Assembly: GCA_963693365.1 (NCBI GenBank)
Contig: CAVNZM010000004.1
Location: 950,448 to 1,014,447, forward strand
Reading direction: 5' to 3'
Source of the DNA: Amoebidium appalachense
Lineage: Eukaryota > Protista > Ichthyosporea
DNA length: 64,000 nt
Shown here: positions 1 through 13,848 of the stretch, one piece after another
Layout: every line of letters starts with the position of its first letter
Position numbering within the stretch: the first letter of the stretch is position 1
Notes under the pieces: model-generated
The model's database searches: none
The model's input: the letters and a program-made list of their open reading frames with translations, nothing else
Told to the model about the DNA's origin: nothing
Made by a program: the position numbers and the translations under genes

Positions 1-3000
1 GGGCATGCTGAGTGTTGTATGGATGACGTCTGGTATCATGTCTGTTGCTATGTTCCACTCGATATAACATTGTGCCAGGGGCATGGGGTTCAAGTTTTGG
101 GTGCAGGTTGTGGACGGGGGCAGAGGTGCATCAACAGGGCAACGTCAGTGGCGGTTCATATCCTTGTTTTGGGGTTGGGTTGGGTACTAACCATGCTGGG
201 GTGGTGCGTGGATGCATGTATATGTTTTATGTTATATGTTAAATGTTGCTTCCTGCATGGGTAGCGGTAGTTGTAGTCACTGTCGCTCAGCAGATAACTT
301 TATTTTGTTTTTAGGTAGTTTTTACTGAGGTGGAACTCAGTTATTTTCTGTGCGAGGGGGAGTTGTCATGTGCTGAGCTGATTCGTATACACAGTTTCAA
401 CCCCTATGCCAAACAATGACACGATCGCCATTATGAATCTCCCGCCAACTTGAACAGCGGCGCCAATCTGGCTCTAGAATCTTCTAAGGGATTCCGGAAA
501 CTGAGAAATCCATCAGATTCCAGCAAAATCTAGAACCATCTAGATTGATCATCCCAGAAGAGTCTAGTTTCATATAGAATTCCCAAGCAGATTTTCAGGC
601 TCGCCGCCGCTTAAGCAATAACACGGTCGCCGACAGTCCTCTACGCCAGTCGCGTGCCGACGTTAAAAAGTTAAGTCCCACAGGGCACAGAATCGCGGAA
701 CGGTTCCAAAAGCAATCCGGTTTCACAAATCGGGCTGATCTGGCCCAATCAACGGGCCCAAAACGAGCGAATTTAGTAATCATTAAAGGCTATTTACAGC
801 GCCTTATCAATCTGCCGGGAAAGTGTTTTGACGGACATGACGTCATCAGGCACGGGGCAAGTAAAGCCAACTTTTGGAAGGTGTGACGTCATGGCATTCC
901 ACAGTTTTATGGGCTTTCCAAAGTTTACTTGAGCCGATGCAAACGACGTGCAGTAACCAACATGGCGCTTGATGGTTTTGACATTCTATCATATGATTGG
1001 CTATCTCATGCTTTGCCCACGCTCCTGGGCCACGATGCAGCCGGGGTCAGGGTACGTCCGGGTGCGTCCATGGGCATGCGGGAGTTCTTGGGTTATGTTA
1101 GTTCCAGTCGATACAGTGGAAAGCCTAAAGCTGTGCGTGACCTACCCATTTAACTGCTTTTTACACTTGAAACACAAATCAAAAACACGGGGTTGCCCTA
1201 TATTGAGAATTAAAAAATAAGTGAAACTTATTATAAAAGTATTTGTTGCCGGAGTGTCAAGGTAGGGCACCCCCGCGTTTTTCCTGTATTGTTGATAATG
1301 CTTATATATAAGAGAGAGTGGCCGGATTCCGTGAAGGGACTTTTGCCCTACCTCCATTCCAAGGCGAATTTTCGATCCGGGGACACCTATCTAACAACCA
1401 ATATGACGACATCTGGTTGGCTGAGAATCATGTCACTGTTTTACAGTTCTCTGTATCCCGCTCTTAGCGCACTAGTTTCCGAATGATGCCCGAAAAATGC
1501 ACGAAAATACAGAAACTCGTTTCTTTATAAGTAATGGGGCCGGGGGGGGCATGCGGTGTAAAACGTCTTGGATCCCACTGATATTTTCAACTTTCAGATT
1601 GTGTGGAAACACCGTTGTCTTGAACAGCATGATTACCGACAAACTGCCGAGGATCCAGTCTTCCAGTCTTCATTTCCTTCTCTCTAGCTCTGTCGACGTC
1701 TCGTGCCCCAACTGCCGACACTCAGGCCGTGAGTGCCCGCCTGTGTGGCACTACCGACAACGACTGATGTGTGACTGTCTGATGAAAGAACAACTAAAGT
1801 GATCGGCCTACTACCCCCGGGCCCTAAACCGCATGGTTCGAGTGGTTTCAAGTGACGTTGTGCACCCCTTGCATGGACTTGGCTGTTGGCATTCATACCA
1901 TATTTTTGGAACTGGCGCACATATTTAAGTATACGTAATCGTTATGACCTTTTCCAGTTATTTAAGTTATTAAAATCCTCTATTACATCTCAATCCTGAT
2001 TTAATCGATCCCTAGAAAAAAACACGGGAGGAAAAGTTGGCTAAGTTAACAACACAAGCAGTAGTATAGGGAGTTTGTCCAAGGCCCCGGAAAGTCCGCG
2101 GCAAAACGCCTTTCATTGGGTAACCTTGTCCTTTCTGTAAAGGTACGTGACATTAAGCCAATACCAGAATGCGAATCTGAGAGTGACGGCTTTGCCGCAA
2201 TGATTGTCATTTATGTGTATATTTTATATAAATAAATAATAATAAATATGTGTTGAAGGCAAGCAATGGTTCAATATAAATTACATCAATTGATATACTT
2301 AAGGACAAGACTGTATTGACAAAGCATCATTTTCTGATATTTAATAGTTCTATTTTCTTGTTCTATTTTAACTCGTGATCTTTTTCATTGTTAAAAAAGG
2401 CCAATCGCATCCGCCCTAAGCACCAGCAACATGCCGGTATGCTTGGGCAAAATCCGGGTTGCCGGCGAGCACCGCCTCCTGCTACTTCCTAGGAGCACCA
2501 TCCTGCAAAATATACAACTTCAGCAATGCGTGGGTGCGATTTCACTCCCCATGTCGAAACTATTTCAGATTGCATACCTGTCTCCTCGAAGTCCACCTAC
2601 GTCATCAAGTCTATTCGACCAATCCTATGATTACTTGGAAACCCATATCAGGAAATGCGAAATCACTAAAAAAGGTCGGAACTTGCGCCGTGTCAGGGCC
2701 TCGAGTTTCCGCCCGGGGGCCTCGAGGGAGGTAGGGATCTACGCTCAACCACTCCGAGCCTACCTGATTATGTCGCAGCTTCTCGCAGCCGCCTTGTAAG
2801 ATCCAAAAGGCTGCCGGATCCGTCAGCCAGCTGGCAAAGCATGGCATGCTGGCAGAGCCGGCAGAGGGATAGGTTGAGTTTTGTTTTGACTTACTTTTGT
2901 GACCCATATATGCATGGTTTGAAGGTCTAAGGTGTATGTAAAGAGTTGTGCCTAGAAACAGCCCAAAAATATAGGGAACACACGTAGAGTGTGGTGCCAA

Positions 3001-3016
3001 CTTTCATATAGTAAGA

Positions 3017-4675
3017 ATGAAGCGTGGCAACGTGCTTGCTATTGGTCTGGGTGTGAGCGCCAGTATGGTCGGGGGTGCCCTGTTTTCCATCTACACCAGC
3101 TCAGTTATACAACTGGCCCGCGCACCCACACGATCTTTGCTACAACGCAGAGTTGCTAAATATGGCATTTACGGGGACGCTTTCGCCGTGCGTGCAAGTG
3201 TAGGGGGCAGGTTGGGGACAGCAGCACCAGAGGAGGTGAGTGTTGTGCTGTGGCCTTTTGGGTTCTCCGAGGCCCTACGTGTGTACACGGCGTACCATCT
3301 CTGTGCACACGCCATAAAGCAGCCGCGCAAGCAAATAGGGAAATCTCAGGATTTTTTTGTTCGCACCTTCAGTCTGCCGTTTTTGGGGGGGGGAGCGGGG
3401 GGGGTGTGTGGGGTGCGGTGTGGGGTGTGTGTGTGTGTGTGTGTGTGCGTGGTGGTGGTGGTGGTGGTGGTGGTGGTGGGGGGGGGGGGGGGGAAGGGGA
3501 ATAGACAACACATATGTTCTTGTACTTTACCACCTTTGCCGTTTCTCCTTCCGTCCCTAACTCTTCCACACCCACCCACCCCCCTCCCCCCATGACCCCT
3601 ACTAGAGTCATCCTGCAGCCTCAACCATTTTTCTCCCTTTCCCGCCTGTCTCTGGCAGGGCGGCAAAACCACCCACCTGAACCCCCCGTGGGCGAGTGCA
3701 TATGTTTTCTCACGGGTCCCTGTCAGCTTTTCGTGTTAATGTTGCTGGCTACGCCCTCACCCTGACATGGAGGGGAGGGGAGGGGAGAGAAGGAGGGAGG
3801 GGAGGAGAGGGAGGGAGAGCTCCGGTGAGAGTGACACAACACCAAGAGAGAGGCAACACACACGCACAAACACACACGCACACACACACACACAGAGAGA
3901 GAGAGAGTGAGAGGGGGGGGGGGGGGAGAGAGAGAGAGAGAGAAAGAGAGGGGGAGAGAGAGGGGGGGGGAGAGAGAGAGAGAGAGAGGGAGAGAGAAGG
4001 GGGGGGGGGGGGGGGCTGAGGGGAGGGAGGGAGGGAGAGGGAGAGGGAGAGAGAGCAAGAAGAACCGAGAGAGATGTGGTTATGTGGGTTTTTTTGGGGG
4101 GCCCGGGGGGAGGAGGGGGGAGGGGTGGGGGGGACGGGAAGGGGGAGATGGAGGGATGACCCAAGAACAGCACAGTTTTTGCATGCTTAACCTTTTTTCA
4201 TGTTCCGCCTCAGGTCCTGAAACTGTACATGGACTCTTTCTTCACGTCCCCCGTGTTCAAGCTGGAGCGTTTTATTCTGCGTCTGGCGAGGCAGGGTAGG
4301 CCTGTGACCGACTCAGACATACGCAGCTATGAATATGAAAAGGGAGATGCCGTGCAGGTATTTACGGTGGTGGAAACAACACACACGGAGGCGTTGTTTT
4401 GCTGGGACGAGAAACTACACGGGTATACATGGTTTGCTGTGCAGAGGGCCGGGCAACAACCAGCATTAACTGAGGAAGTCGGGGTTAGTGAGGGGAGTGG
4501 GGAGGTTGTGCTCCTGTTTGGGTCGGCACTGAAGGGAGGAGGTGCAGATGAAGTGAATGGGGCCATGTCTCTGTTCTGGCGCACTGCCCTTGCCTTCCAC
4601 GTGGCTTATTCGAGGTTGCTGCTGGCTGCGGCACTGCGCAGGTTTGAGCGCAGGCAAAGTAACACCAGTAGATAA
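3017..4675 (+). CDS. Two-exon gene (3017-3235, 4214-4675) for an uncharacterised DUF2867-like protein with a hydrophobic N-terminus
   Basis: Exon 1 ends GAG|GTGAGT at 3235/3236. The acceptor CCTCAG|GTC at 4213/4214 is in phase 0 and joins APEE to VLKLYMDSFFTSPVFKLERFIL. Motifs FxTSPVFKLER...LLFGS...FHxxYSRLLL recall a bacterial/fungal hypothetical family (recognised from memory, not searched). Confidence 0.7.
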
Positions 4676-5597
4676 TGATACTTAACGTGGTTAAATGAAC
4701 TGGGTATGCCATAATACAGGCGGTCTGTTTGTTTCGATCTGCCGCCCTCCACCCTATCAGCATTAACTTGTCGAAGGTCACTACATAGTATCCAGGTATC
4801 AAGCTTTCACGGTTCTCACTCTCACCTCCGGCCCCGAAACTCGGACTGGCTCCAAGTGTGGGTCAACTGCATAGTCAACTTGGTCCGTTTTTTGGGGTGG
4901 CCTTTCTCTAAGCTCAAGAACACATCCAAAATTTCTCATTTTGCAGACCCAGAATGTATTTCAACAAATATCAGGTTAGCATGTAACGGCCTCCAGCACA
5001 TCTCCGACAGAAAGGCACTAGCATTCGGACAGGGTCCTGGCTTGGTGAACGAGTCATTCTTTTACCTAAACAAGCATGAATTTACAAACGCCATGGCGCC
5101 ATTAACTAAGCCATATAAATGTCTGCCTCGCGTTTGACCTCCCCCCCCCCCCCCCCCTCCCCCCCCTTCCCCTCCCCCCCCCCCCCCTCCTACATCAGCT
5201 TGCGCGTGCCAACTTTACAGGCATCACCCGGATTCAGGCCCTCGTCTCTCCCTCGCTCCCCGGTCCGGGGCCTGGGCAATGGTAGGTCCGGATCCATATT
5301 TTATTGTCGGCCAATGTGTACATACGTAGCCTTTTTGCAGCTACTGTACATACGTAGCCTTTTTGCAGCTACACAGGCAGCACCTGGCAGGCAAGCACGC
5401 GGAAAGGCCTTCTCTATGGCCCCGTATGTACCTATGTGGCAGCTCTCCTCCCTCGGAGCTCCTGCCTGCTACAGCCTGACAGCACTTTGTATCCTTGTGT
5501 TCGGCCCCCCGAGACACCAGAAGGCCCCGAGTCGGTGACACCCGCAAAACTGGCAAACTGCAAACAAGGTGGACAAAGGTAAAATTTCATTTTTTTT

Positions 5598-6720
5598 ATA
5601 ATGACTTTTTTGATATGCTCAGCAAAATAGAAGCCAACGAGATATCACCGATATCTCGGAGAAGAAAATACAAAAGCCCTCACTCTCGGATACGGAGGAG
5701 ATAATCATTATTGTCTTCTCAGTATGCCGTGCATACTTGCATATCTTTCCGTCGAATAAATCCAGTCAAAAGAAAATAATCATACACCCTAGAAAACTCG
5801 TTAAACATACCGTGGTTCAACAGATAGTCAATAGACGTAAGATCAGGATTATCTAAATAAGCCAGTCTTCTGATTTCTAACGGAATAATCTGAGATAAAT
5901 AAATACATCTATCTAAGTGTTTACGTGAAAAAAGTTCTGCACAAAAGTGGCACAAAAATTTATGGAAACAAAGGTTACAGCGCCAGATAAACATTTCCAA
6001 GCTATATCACAAGGAGCCTGGTTAGAATTGCAAAATCGGTAAGTGTGGTAGGTTTACGAGAGGAAGGAAAAATATATAAGTAGCTAATTTACACAACGAT
6101 TGTAAAGAAAATAGACGAGTCTTCAATATAAAAAGAAGCACAGGCTCAAGAGCCCTACCATGATACATACTCTTTATCACAACGATAAAGCAAAGGATAT
6201 TGAGTATGAAACCAAGTAACATACTGCTGATAACTAGTAGAAGAGAAAAATAAAGGAGATAAGTATTTAAAAGGATATCTCGGAATGGGAGAGAGATTGG
6301 GGATAGGACATTTCGCACGAACATTAGAAATGCCGGGACCAGGTGCTAAAGAAGGAAAGAACTGCAACAAAGGATGATAACAAGGAAGCCTAATCAAATG
6401 AAAACAAAAGCGAAGTCCTAATTCATTCATACGCTGGTGTGCCGGAGGGAGACCAAAAACACTCAGCAAGGGAGCCGCCAAAGGATGCCTACGCGAGGTT
6501 CGAGATATAAACTGGATGAATTCACGCTGAAAGGAATCGAATTCCCGAAGAGCCGCGCGGAGGGGCACACAAGAGTAACGGGAGGCCATATTCGAAACAT
6601 GGACGAAGAAAAACTTTATAAAGAGTGAGCAAATTGGAAGGATGAATATTTTTTTCTTTTGACTGGATTTATTCAACGGAAAGATATGCAAGTATGCACG
6701 GCATACGGAGAAGACAATAA
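5598..6720 (-). mobile_element. 5'-truncated, degenerate LINE 3' fragment (post-RT region and C-terminal Cys/His module)
   Basis: Frames give NIHPSNLLTLYKVFLRPCFEYGLPLL, SVFGLPP and WRCNLCF..CHFCAELFSRKH..C..IDYLLN. These match HPSIRLTFIRTFVFPACEYGLPLL, SIYGLVP and QWRSN..C..FNR..C..LDFILN of the intact ORF2 at 42430-45624. A close copy lies at 36552-37170. Confidence 0.75.
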
Positions 6721-6725
6721 AAACT

Positions 6726-7150
6726 TCACGAGTTATCCAGTAACAAGTGCATACTGAGATACCTGAACACTGTGTGAAAATCATATAAATACTCAATGTG
6801 ACGACCAACAGAATTCAACAAAAAGTCTGAAGTGTTCACATTGCCAGCTAGTGTAGCAGATACCCGAAGGGAAAGAGGTAAAACGCGACATAAAAATTCA
6901 CACCTATCAACATGCTTGCGATTAAAAAGGTCAGCACAAAAGTGGCACCAGCGGCGATGAAAACAAGAATTACAGCGCCACTGCACAACTTCCCAGGCAA
7001 TATCAACATCAGAGCACCATACAGACTTATCTACTAGGGTGGTATCCATACGTACAGCAGGAGCAGGGTTCGAAGTTACGAAAAAAAAATCGGAATTTCC
7101 GATATTTGAAAACACAGTTCCGAAAATCGTCCCGGACGAATCGGAACGCC
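6726..7150 (-). mobile_element. Second LINE 3'-end fragment (different subfamily), abutting the previous one
   Basis: ORF 6726-7115 contains VVQWRCNSCF..CHFCADLFNRKHVDRC..SDFLLN, a paralogue of the module in 5719-6000. Confidence 0.7.
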
Positions 7151-8049
7151 CGAGACCCCCCCCCCCCCCCCCCCCCCCTGTTCCCCCCCCCCCCCCCCCC
7201 CCCCCCCCCGCGGCCCCCGGGGGGGAAGCTTCTCATGACTTCGCAGGTCTCATCATACACGGGGCATACACCACCCACACAAGCTGCACACGTACGTACG
7301 TGTCTCCCTGTCCCTGTAGAATGTTCAATGGCAGACCCTGACTACAGCACCAGCCTAGCACATGTACATGTCACACCAAACACATTTATGCACACACCCA
7401 CGCGCACACACACACACACAGACACACAGACACACACACACATTCACACACACACAGCCGTGACACCACATATGCATCATAGCCATGCATATGCATGGCC
7501 ACATGAACATACAATGCATATGCCTGCGCATGTATATATAGGCTGGCCTCCACTTCAAAACTTCACCCCCCCAGAAATCGAACCCCATCCCCCCCTCCTC
7601 CGCTGCCCACCGTTCCCTCCACCAGTGCTGCCCCTCCTTCTCCCCCACCGCCGCTCCGGCCTCACCCCCCCCCCCCCCCCCCTCTCAGGCGGATTCCCCC
7701 CCCCCCCCCCCCTACTAGTAATCCCCCCCCCCCCCCCCCCCCCCCCCTTCCCCCCCAGGAAGGCCTAAACATGGAATGGATCTAGATGCTCAGAGTCGAC
7801 GGCCACCAGGTGCAGGTGCCACGTGTATCACGATCAGTGGCGCGCATCTTAAATGGCAGGCAATACACACGCTGTGCACCACCGTGTTCCGTTCAAAGAC
7901 ACACATGCACATACATACACAGCGGCTGCCGTGACACCACACGTGACCTAGGCTAGTACACGTGCACAGGCACATACTATCTCAGATCATGATAACTGTA
8001 TTACAAACGTGCACATGCATCCACCCTGTACAATCACTTGCTATGCACC

Positions 8050-8124
<75 letters not shown>

Positions 8125-8405
8125 ACTTACACTGCACACACACACCATGTACACGGCGCACGCACACACACCCCGTGGCACACACACACAAACACACAAA
8201 CACACACACACACACAAGAAACCGTTGGTACAAACACACACACCCACACTGGCATGTACACACACATACACAGACCGTACACACCCTGCATACATACACA
8301 CCACACTGCACACACACACACATACATACACACACTGTACATAGAATTACATACACACCATAACCGTTGACACAAAACACACACACACATGCACACAATG
8401 TCATG

Positions 8406-8437
<32 letters not shown>

Positions 8438-8848
8438 CACACACACACGTGCACATGTGCACACATGCACACAACATAGACACACACACACACCGATTAC
8501 CGCTGACACAAATACACACACCCACACCTGTACACATACACACAGACACACACAATGTCGTGCATACATACCCACCACACACACACACACACAATTGCAA
8601 AGAAAAATACACACACACACACAAACACAAACACAACCACCCAACGTGATTTTCTTCCCCCCCCCCCCCCCCCCCCCCCCCCGAGCTTCCCATGTTGCTG
8701 CCTCAACTCACTCCCCCCTCCCCGCCCCCTCCCCCCCCCCCCCCCCCCCCCCTCCCCCCTCCCTCCCTCCCCTCCCCTCCCCCAGATCTAGAATTTTTAG
8801 ATAAAAACAAGGGACACTACTTGACGGTTACTAGGTGCTGGTGTGTTG

Positions 8849-9240
8849 TCAGAGATCCGATTTATTTGAATGGGTTGGCAATAATATACACATTGTGCAC
8901 CCTGTTCCAGTCAAAAGCCAGGAAATCTGCCTGAGCCTTCTTTTGGGCTGCTGCCTCGGCCACCTGGGCCTTTTCCAACTGCTCTTGACCCCTTCTACAG
9001 TCAACCCTTTCAGTTTGCCCTCTTTAACTAATTTCTTAGCCATTTCTTTCTGAAACCTAAGCTCAGCTTTCACGTGCTTCACATCTGCCTCTATATCCGG
9101 CCCATTCATGGCTATCATGAGCTGATTGTGCACTGTCTGTGTTGTCATACGTGCTTTGAGAGAAGTCTTAATGATATTCACACCAGAGAAGCACGTTCAC
9201 AGCTTGTTGCATTACTAATTGGGAGTATTCTCACAATGTT
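8849..9240 (-). mobile_element. hAT transposase C-terminal dimerisation-domain remnant
   Basis: Reads ILPISNATSCERASLVNIIKTSLKARMTTQTVHNQLMIAMNGPD, matching the hAT pattern LPxSxAxCERxFSxxNxIKTxxRxRxxxxxxxxLMxIxxNGP. Confidence 0.7.
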
Positions 9241-9589
9241 AACAATGCCTCACAATGTTAAGAAAATGCGTGCACTGGGAAAAAATAAGGCCACGGACAC
9301 AGTGACACACACAGGGACTAGGTACATATGCACACATAGTATATCCTCATATACACTGGCACTGCCGCACATATGTGTAAGAGGACGTGACCGTACGTAT
9401 ATACGTAGACAATAATATATATTGTGCATTAATGCACTTCGATTTTCCCTTCTATTCCTTCAAAGCTTCAACTGCCAACACCAGGAAGGCCTCTAATAAC
9501 CACAGGGGTTTTTAAGTATGCATTAAAATTACATTTTGATGCAATATAGGCACAAATAAGCATGCACTAGTTTACTGACGCGCGACGAT

Positions 9590-10760
9590 TACGATTTTTG
9601 GTGGGCCTGCTCCGACGGAGCATTCCGATTTTCGAAGAGGTTTTCCGAAACGGGATTTCGACTTCCGTTAATGGGCTCCACCGTCCTTCGAACCCTGAGC
9701 AGGAGAAATGTATCCTGCCAAAGCTCCCAAAAAGCGATAATGATCAGTACGGTGATGAATGTTAGAGATATTTGCGAATATTCCTTGATAGATATGTAAG
9801 CGACCACGCGCACGAGAAATGCGCGAAGTCAAAAGGCGCTCAAACCAGATACCCTTAAAGCGCCGCGAGGTCACGGAAAGGAATACCAGGTTGTAAATAG
9901 TCATAGGAGGACACGATTGGGATAGGTTGATTGTTCAGACTGTACTGTGCATTGGAAGAAAAGGTGCCGCATTTATCTATCCCAATTTTCATGAAATTTC
10001 GGAAACACCAGTCATCTACTCGAGAAAGCATGTTATTCATGATAGAAGGATCGTGAGTGACTAAGACAATATCATCAGCGAAAAAAAGGCCGGAGACGCA
10101 AGAGTCGCCAGCAACTGGAAATCGTTGAATTTCTACCGCTAAGTTGTCAATAAAGACATCAAAGAGAAGGGGACTCAAAAGTGAGCCATGTAAAAGGCCT
10201 CGAGTACGATTGAATCCGTTACTCAGTACCCCATTCACAACGGCAGCCCCATGGGTGCGGTCAAATAACGCCTGAAGTAGCCGACCAAAGGGAAGAGGTA
10301 GCCCTCGAGAGGCCAACTTGTGCCACCGCAAATTCGTGAGAACCGTGTCATATATGCATTCTTAAGGTCGATAAAGCATACCTCGCGACATCCAGAACGA
10401 ACAATAGTGTCGTGTAATAGAAGAGCATGAGTATAGCACGAATAAGCACGCCGAAATCCGCCCTGAATGTTGCTCAACCGGAAGACACTCGATAAGGTCT
10501 CATGCTTGTGGAAGGCACGCAATATGCAGACTCGAATAGGCGACGAAATATGTTACTTAAGGTGACTGGCCGGAAGGAAGAAATCGGACCAGTAGAGACC
10601 TTCTTGCGGACTGGATTAATGATGGTGTCGTTCCACGACGAAGGAATGAAGCCCAAGTCATAGAAGGCAGAGAAAAACTCGCTCACCAAATACGCAAAGG
10701 GGGTTGGAGGCGGCGTATTCCCGCCTTTGGTAATAACGGCAGCGGGCGGAGGGCACAATG
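9590..10760 (-). mobile_element. Frameshifted non-LTR reverse transcriptase fragment related to the intact LINE
   Basis: Successive frames give PSSW..P..KK..FRPVTL, QGGFRR, FIDLKNAY, RGLLHGSLLSPLLF..FID, LFFADD and IDKC. Confidence 0.85.
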
Positions 10761-11653
10761 TAAAATTTCAGTAGCCCTTCAAATTTTCTCTTCCCCTGGC
10801 TCTTTTTTCATGCAGCCCTGCTGTGTTATATGTACGTTCAAAAACCTTTAATAATTTGCTTTAAGTGTTTTTGATAAGGTCAATGATGCTAATGAATATG
10901 CTCTTATTGTACTTTCCCCCTTTTAGTTTGAAATGTAAAATGTTGTCAGTGCTACGCCCCCTAGCTCTTTGATTTATTGCTGGAATGCACATCTACTCAC
11001 CGAGGCTAGGGCATATAAATAGCTAACCACACTTATCCTCACATCCTTTGCATTCAAAAGAAAGCGCATGTCCAAAACGAAAGCAGAAAAACCAAGATCA
11101 GTTAAAACACAAAAATTATTTAGTTGTACTAAATTTCATGTGTTTTCAGTAAAACACGAAGTAATCTTTCAGACCGGGCGGTATTTTGCTTCGCTCTTGT
11201 ATACATTCCTGACATACCATCCCCCTGTGTATCATCAGCACTGCAGGCGCCGCGCCTTGTGTGTTTGTACACGGTTGACGCTGCGAGGTACATACGTACA
11301 TGCATATGCCTACATAGTAGTCTTGCCCACATGCAAGGAGGAGAGGTACAGGCAGCGTAGGAAGTCCTAACGCTTGACTTGATTGTTAGAGCAGATGATA
11401 GGCATACAACCTGTATGTTCCTTTGGAGTGGTTGTAGGCACAGGAAGATATGGATATCTATAGCCTAGCACCTATTTGCTGAATTCGAAGAACGCCTGTA
11501 CACTTTGAGTCAATCAATACCCACGACGAAAAAGCGCCACCTGACCTGTGGGCAGCTTGCCTAGAACTTTTTTCCACTCCCGACATCACTTCGTTGGGCC
11601 ACTCCTCCTTTTCGCCCCACACCCATCCCCCTACATTTCCCGCCACCGCCACT

Positions 11654-12916
11654 ATGCCGTCGCAGGGCCACCTCCTGGCCAGTCTTGTGGGCGTGCTTTG
11701 CGCCGTGCACGGGGCCCATGCAGTGGATGGTCAGTTCTGTCTCTACGGTGACGCAGCCTGCACCACATCCAACGGGTGCAAGCCAGCTAGTTTTGGCGAG
11801 TGCGGGGAGCTGCCAGAGCTGATACCAGGAATTACGGCGTATTACAAGAGCGACGTGCAGCAGGCGGACGGCACGGTGCCCTCGAATATCTTCCTAGAGC
11901 CGGGCTGTGGGGGTGTTGCGCTGCTGCCCGAGCCTATGCGCATACCCGAGGGCAGCTGCTACAAACCAGACAGCCCGCTGCTGGCCAGTTTCGGCCTGGA
12001 GCTCTACATAAAGCTCTCGCGCGACGTCACGGGCGCCCCCCCCGCTGCAGCTGCTGCCCCAGCAGCACCAGCTGCCGCGGCCCCTGCACCTGCCCCCGCG
12101 CCTGCCCCTGCCCCTGCCCCTGCGCCCGCCCCCTTCCCCGGTGCCCGCACCCGCACCCGCACCCGCACCCGCACCGGCACCGGCACCGGCACCGGCACCG
12201 CCACCTCCACCAGCACCGGTACCGCCACCGGCACCCGTGCCCCCGCCAGCCAGCCCGTCTGCAGCTGCGTCTGCCCCACCCAACAAGGCTGCCCCTGCCC
12301 CTGCCCCTGCCCCTACCCCCGCGGCGGCAGTGCCCGTGCCACCCCCCAAGGCCCCAACCTTTGCGTCTGCCGTTGAGTCTGACCAGGCAGCAGCACCCGC
12401 AAGCATTCCCACTGCAAAACCCTCTGCCTCCACAGTAGCTACTGGCTCAAAGGCACCTGTTCCGGCCTCTCCCACGGCCAAACCAGCAAGCAAGGCGGCA
12501 TCGAGCAGCAAGTCCCAGGCAACTGTAAAACCAACTGGGGTCGATCTGATGGCTACACCTAGTGAGAGCGAGAGCCCAGCGGCCCAGCCAGAGGCAGGCG
12601 AGAGAGACCTGGTGTCAAACAAGGAGAAGAGGTGTGTGAACGGATGGGTGAATAAATGGGCGTGTGCAGACTGGTGGGAGTGTGTAAGTAGATGTGTAAG
12701 TGCACGCTGTGTGCCGAGAGCATGGTGGGCGGGTGAATGTCGGGGTTCGTGTAGTGTTGAAAGGTAGTATCGGCCATCGTGACAACATGGTTGGCTGGCC
12801 GGGAGGAGAGAGAGAGATAGAGAAAGAGAGAGAGAGAGAGAGTGTGTGTGTGTGTCGGGGAGGGAGGGAGGGGGGAAGGGAGCAGGGTCCGGCCGGGAGG
12901 ATAAAGAGAGAGAGAG

Positions 12917-12950
<34 letters not shown>

Positions 12951-13348
12951 GGGGGGTGCAGGAGGGGGAGGGGGGGACGGCACGTAGTAAGCATGAATAG
13001 CCTTTCAGCAAGCCAGCATGGGCTTCTTAGTTTTCAGGCTGCAGATACCAATCACACACTCTGGCTGAAGTATGTCGCCTCCATCAAGTTCGGAATGGTT
13101 TCATAGCTCATGAGTGGCATATTTAGGCACTAAAAAACAGAGTCATTTGGCGTCAAGCCACGTGTGTGCCGGGGGAAGGGGGGGGGGGGGGGGGGGGGGT
13201 TCGTCCTTTACCGCTATATCTCGCATCTAGAACTCAACACTTCAATGTGTATTCCATGTAGGTGGTGATGTATGAAAGAGGGATCCGTGGGCATGTGTAT
13301 GTGTGTTTGTGTGTGTGCACGTGTTTGGGTGTATGTAGTGTGTGCACT

Positions 13349-13387
<39 letters not shown>

Positions 13388-13390
13388 TTT

Positions 13391-13429
<39 letters not shown>

Positions 13430-13617
13430 GATGCAATTCTGACCATGTGGGGTCTAAGCAGCAGCAGTGCCATCACCCCAGCCGTGATTGCTGGGGCTGT
13501 GGGGGGTGCCGTGCTTCTAACCGTGCTAATTGTGGTCACGGCCTTCTTCGTGTGGCGCAAAAACCCCGATGGTGCCCGGAAATCCGGCCCGCCTGCACAC
13601 AGCACCGTTAATATGGG
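11654..13617 (+). CDS. Type I membrane / surface protein: signal peptide, Cys-containing N-domain, long Pro/Ala stalk, TM helix (spliced; apparent frameshift near 12135; 3' end unresolved)
   Basis: MPSQGHLLASLVGVLCAVHGAHA signal-like start, then six Cys. (AP)n continues in the 12141-12767 frame. A later exon reads AVIAGAVGGAVLLTVLIVVTAFFVWRK and ends at GG|GTAAGT near 13617. Confidence 0.65.
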
Positions 13618-13811
13618 GTAAGTCCGTCTGCAGCTAACCCCCTCCCTCCCCCCTCCACACCCACACACACACATATCTCTCTCTCTTCAAAAACATATAC
13701 ATAAATACTTTCTGTCTGTGTTCTTTCTTTTCTTTTTTATTTTATTTTTGCATTCTTTATTTTATTATTATTATTGTTATTATTATTGTTGTTGTTGTTG
13801 TTATTATTTTG

Positions 13812-13848
<37 letters not shown>

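Noticed and set aside
400-2900. Possible DNA-transposon remnants (imperfect inverted repeat 1188-1275, TGACGTCA palindromes at 838 and 884)
   Set aside because: No paired termini, TSD or transposase similarity could be established.
5709-6720. DNA transposon bounded by 70-bp TIRs
   Set aside because: One arm is native LINE coding sequence and the interior is LINE; better explained as a templated inverted insertion.
7962-8804. Many HT/CV/poly-Pro/poly-Gly ORFs here and throughout the window
   Set aside because: Translations of (CA/TG)n and G/C homopolymers, not genes.
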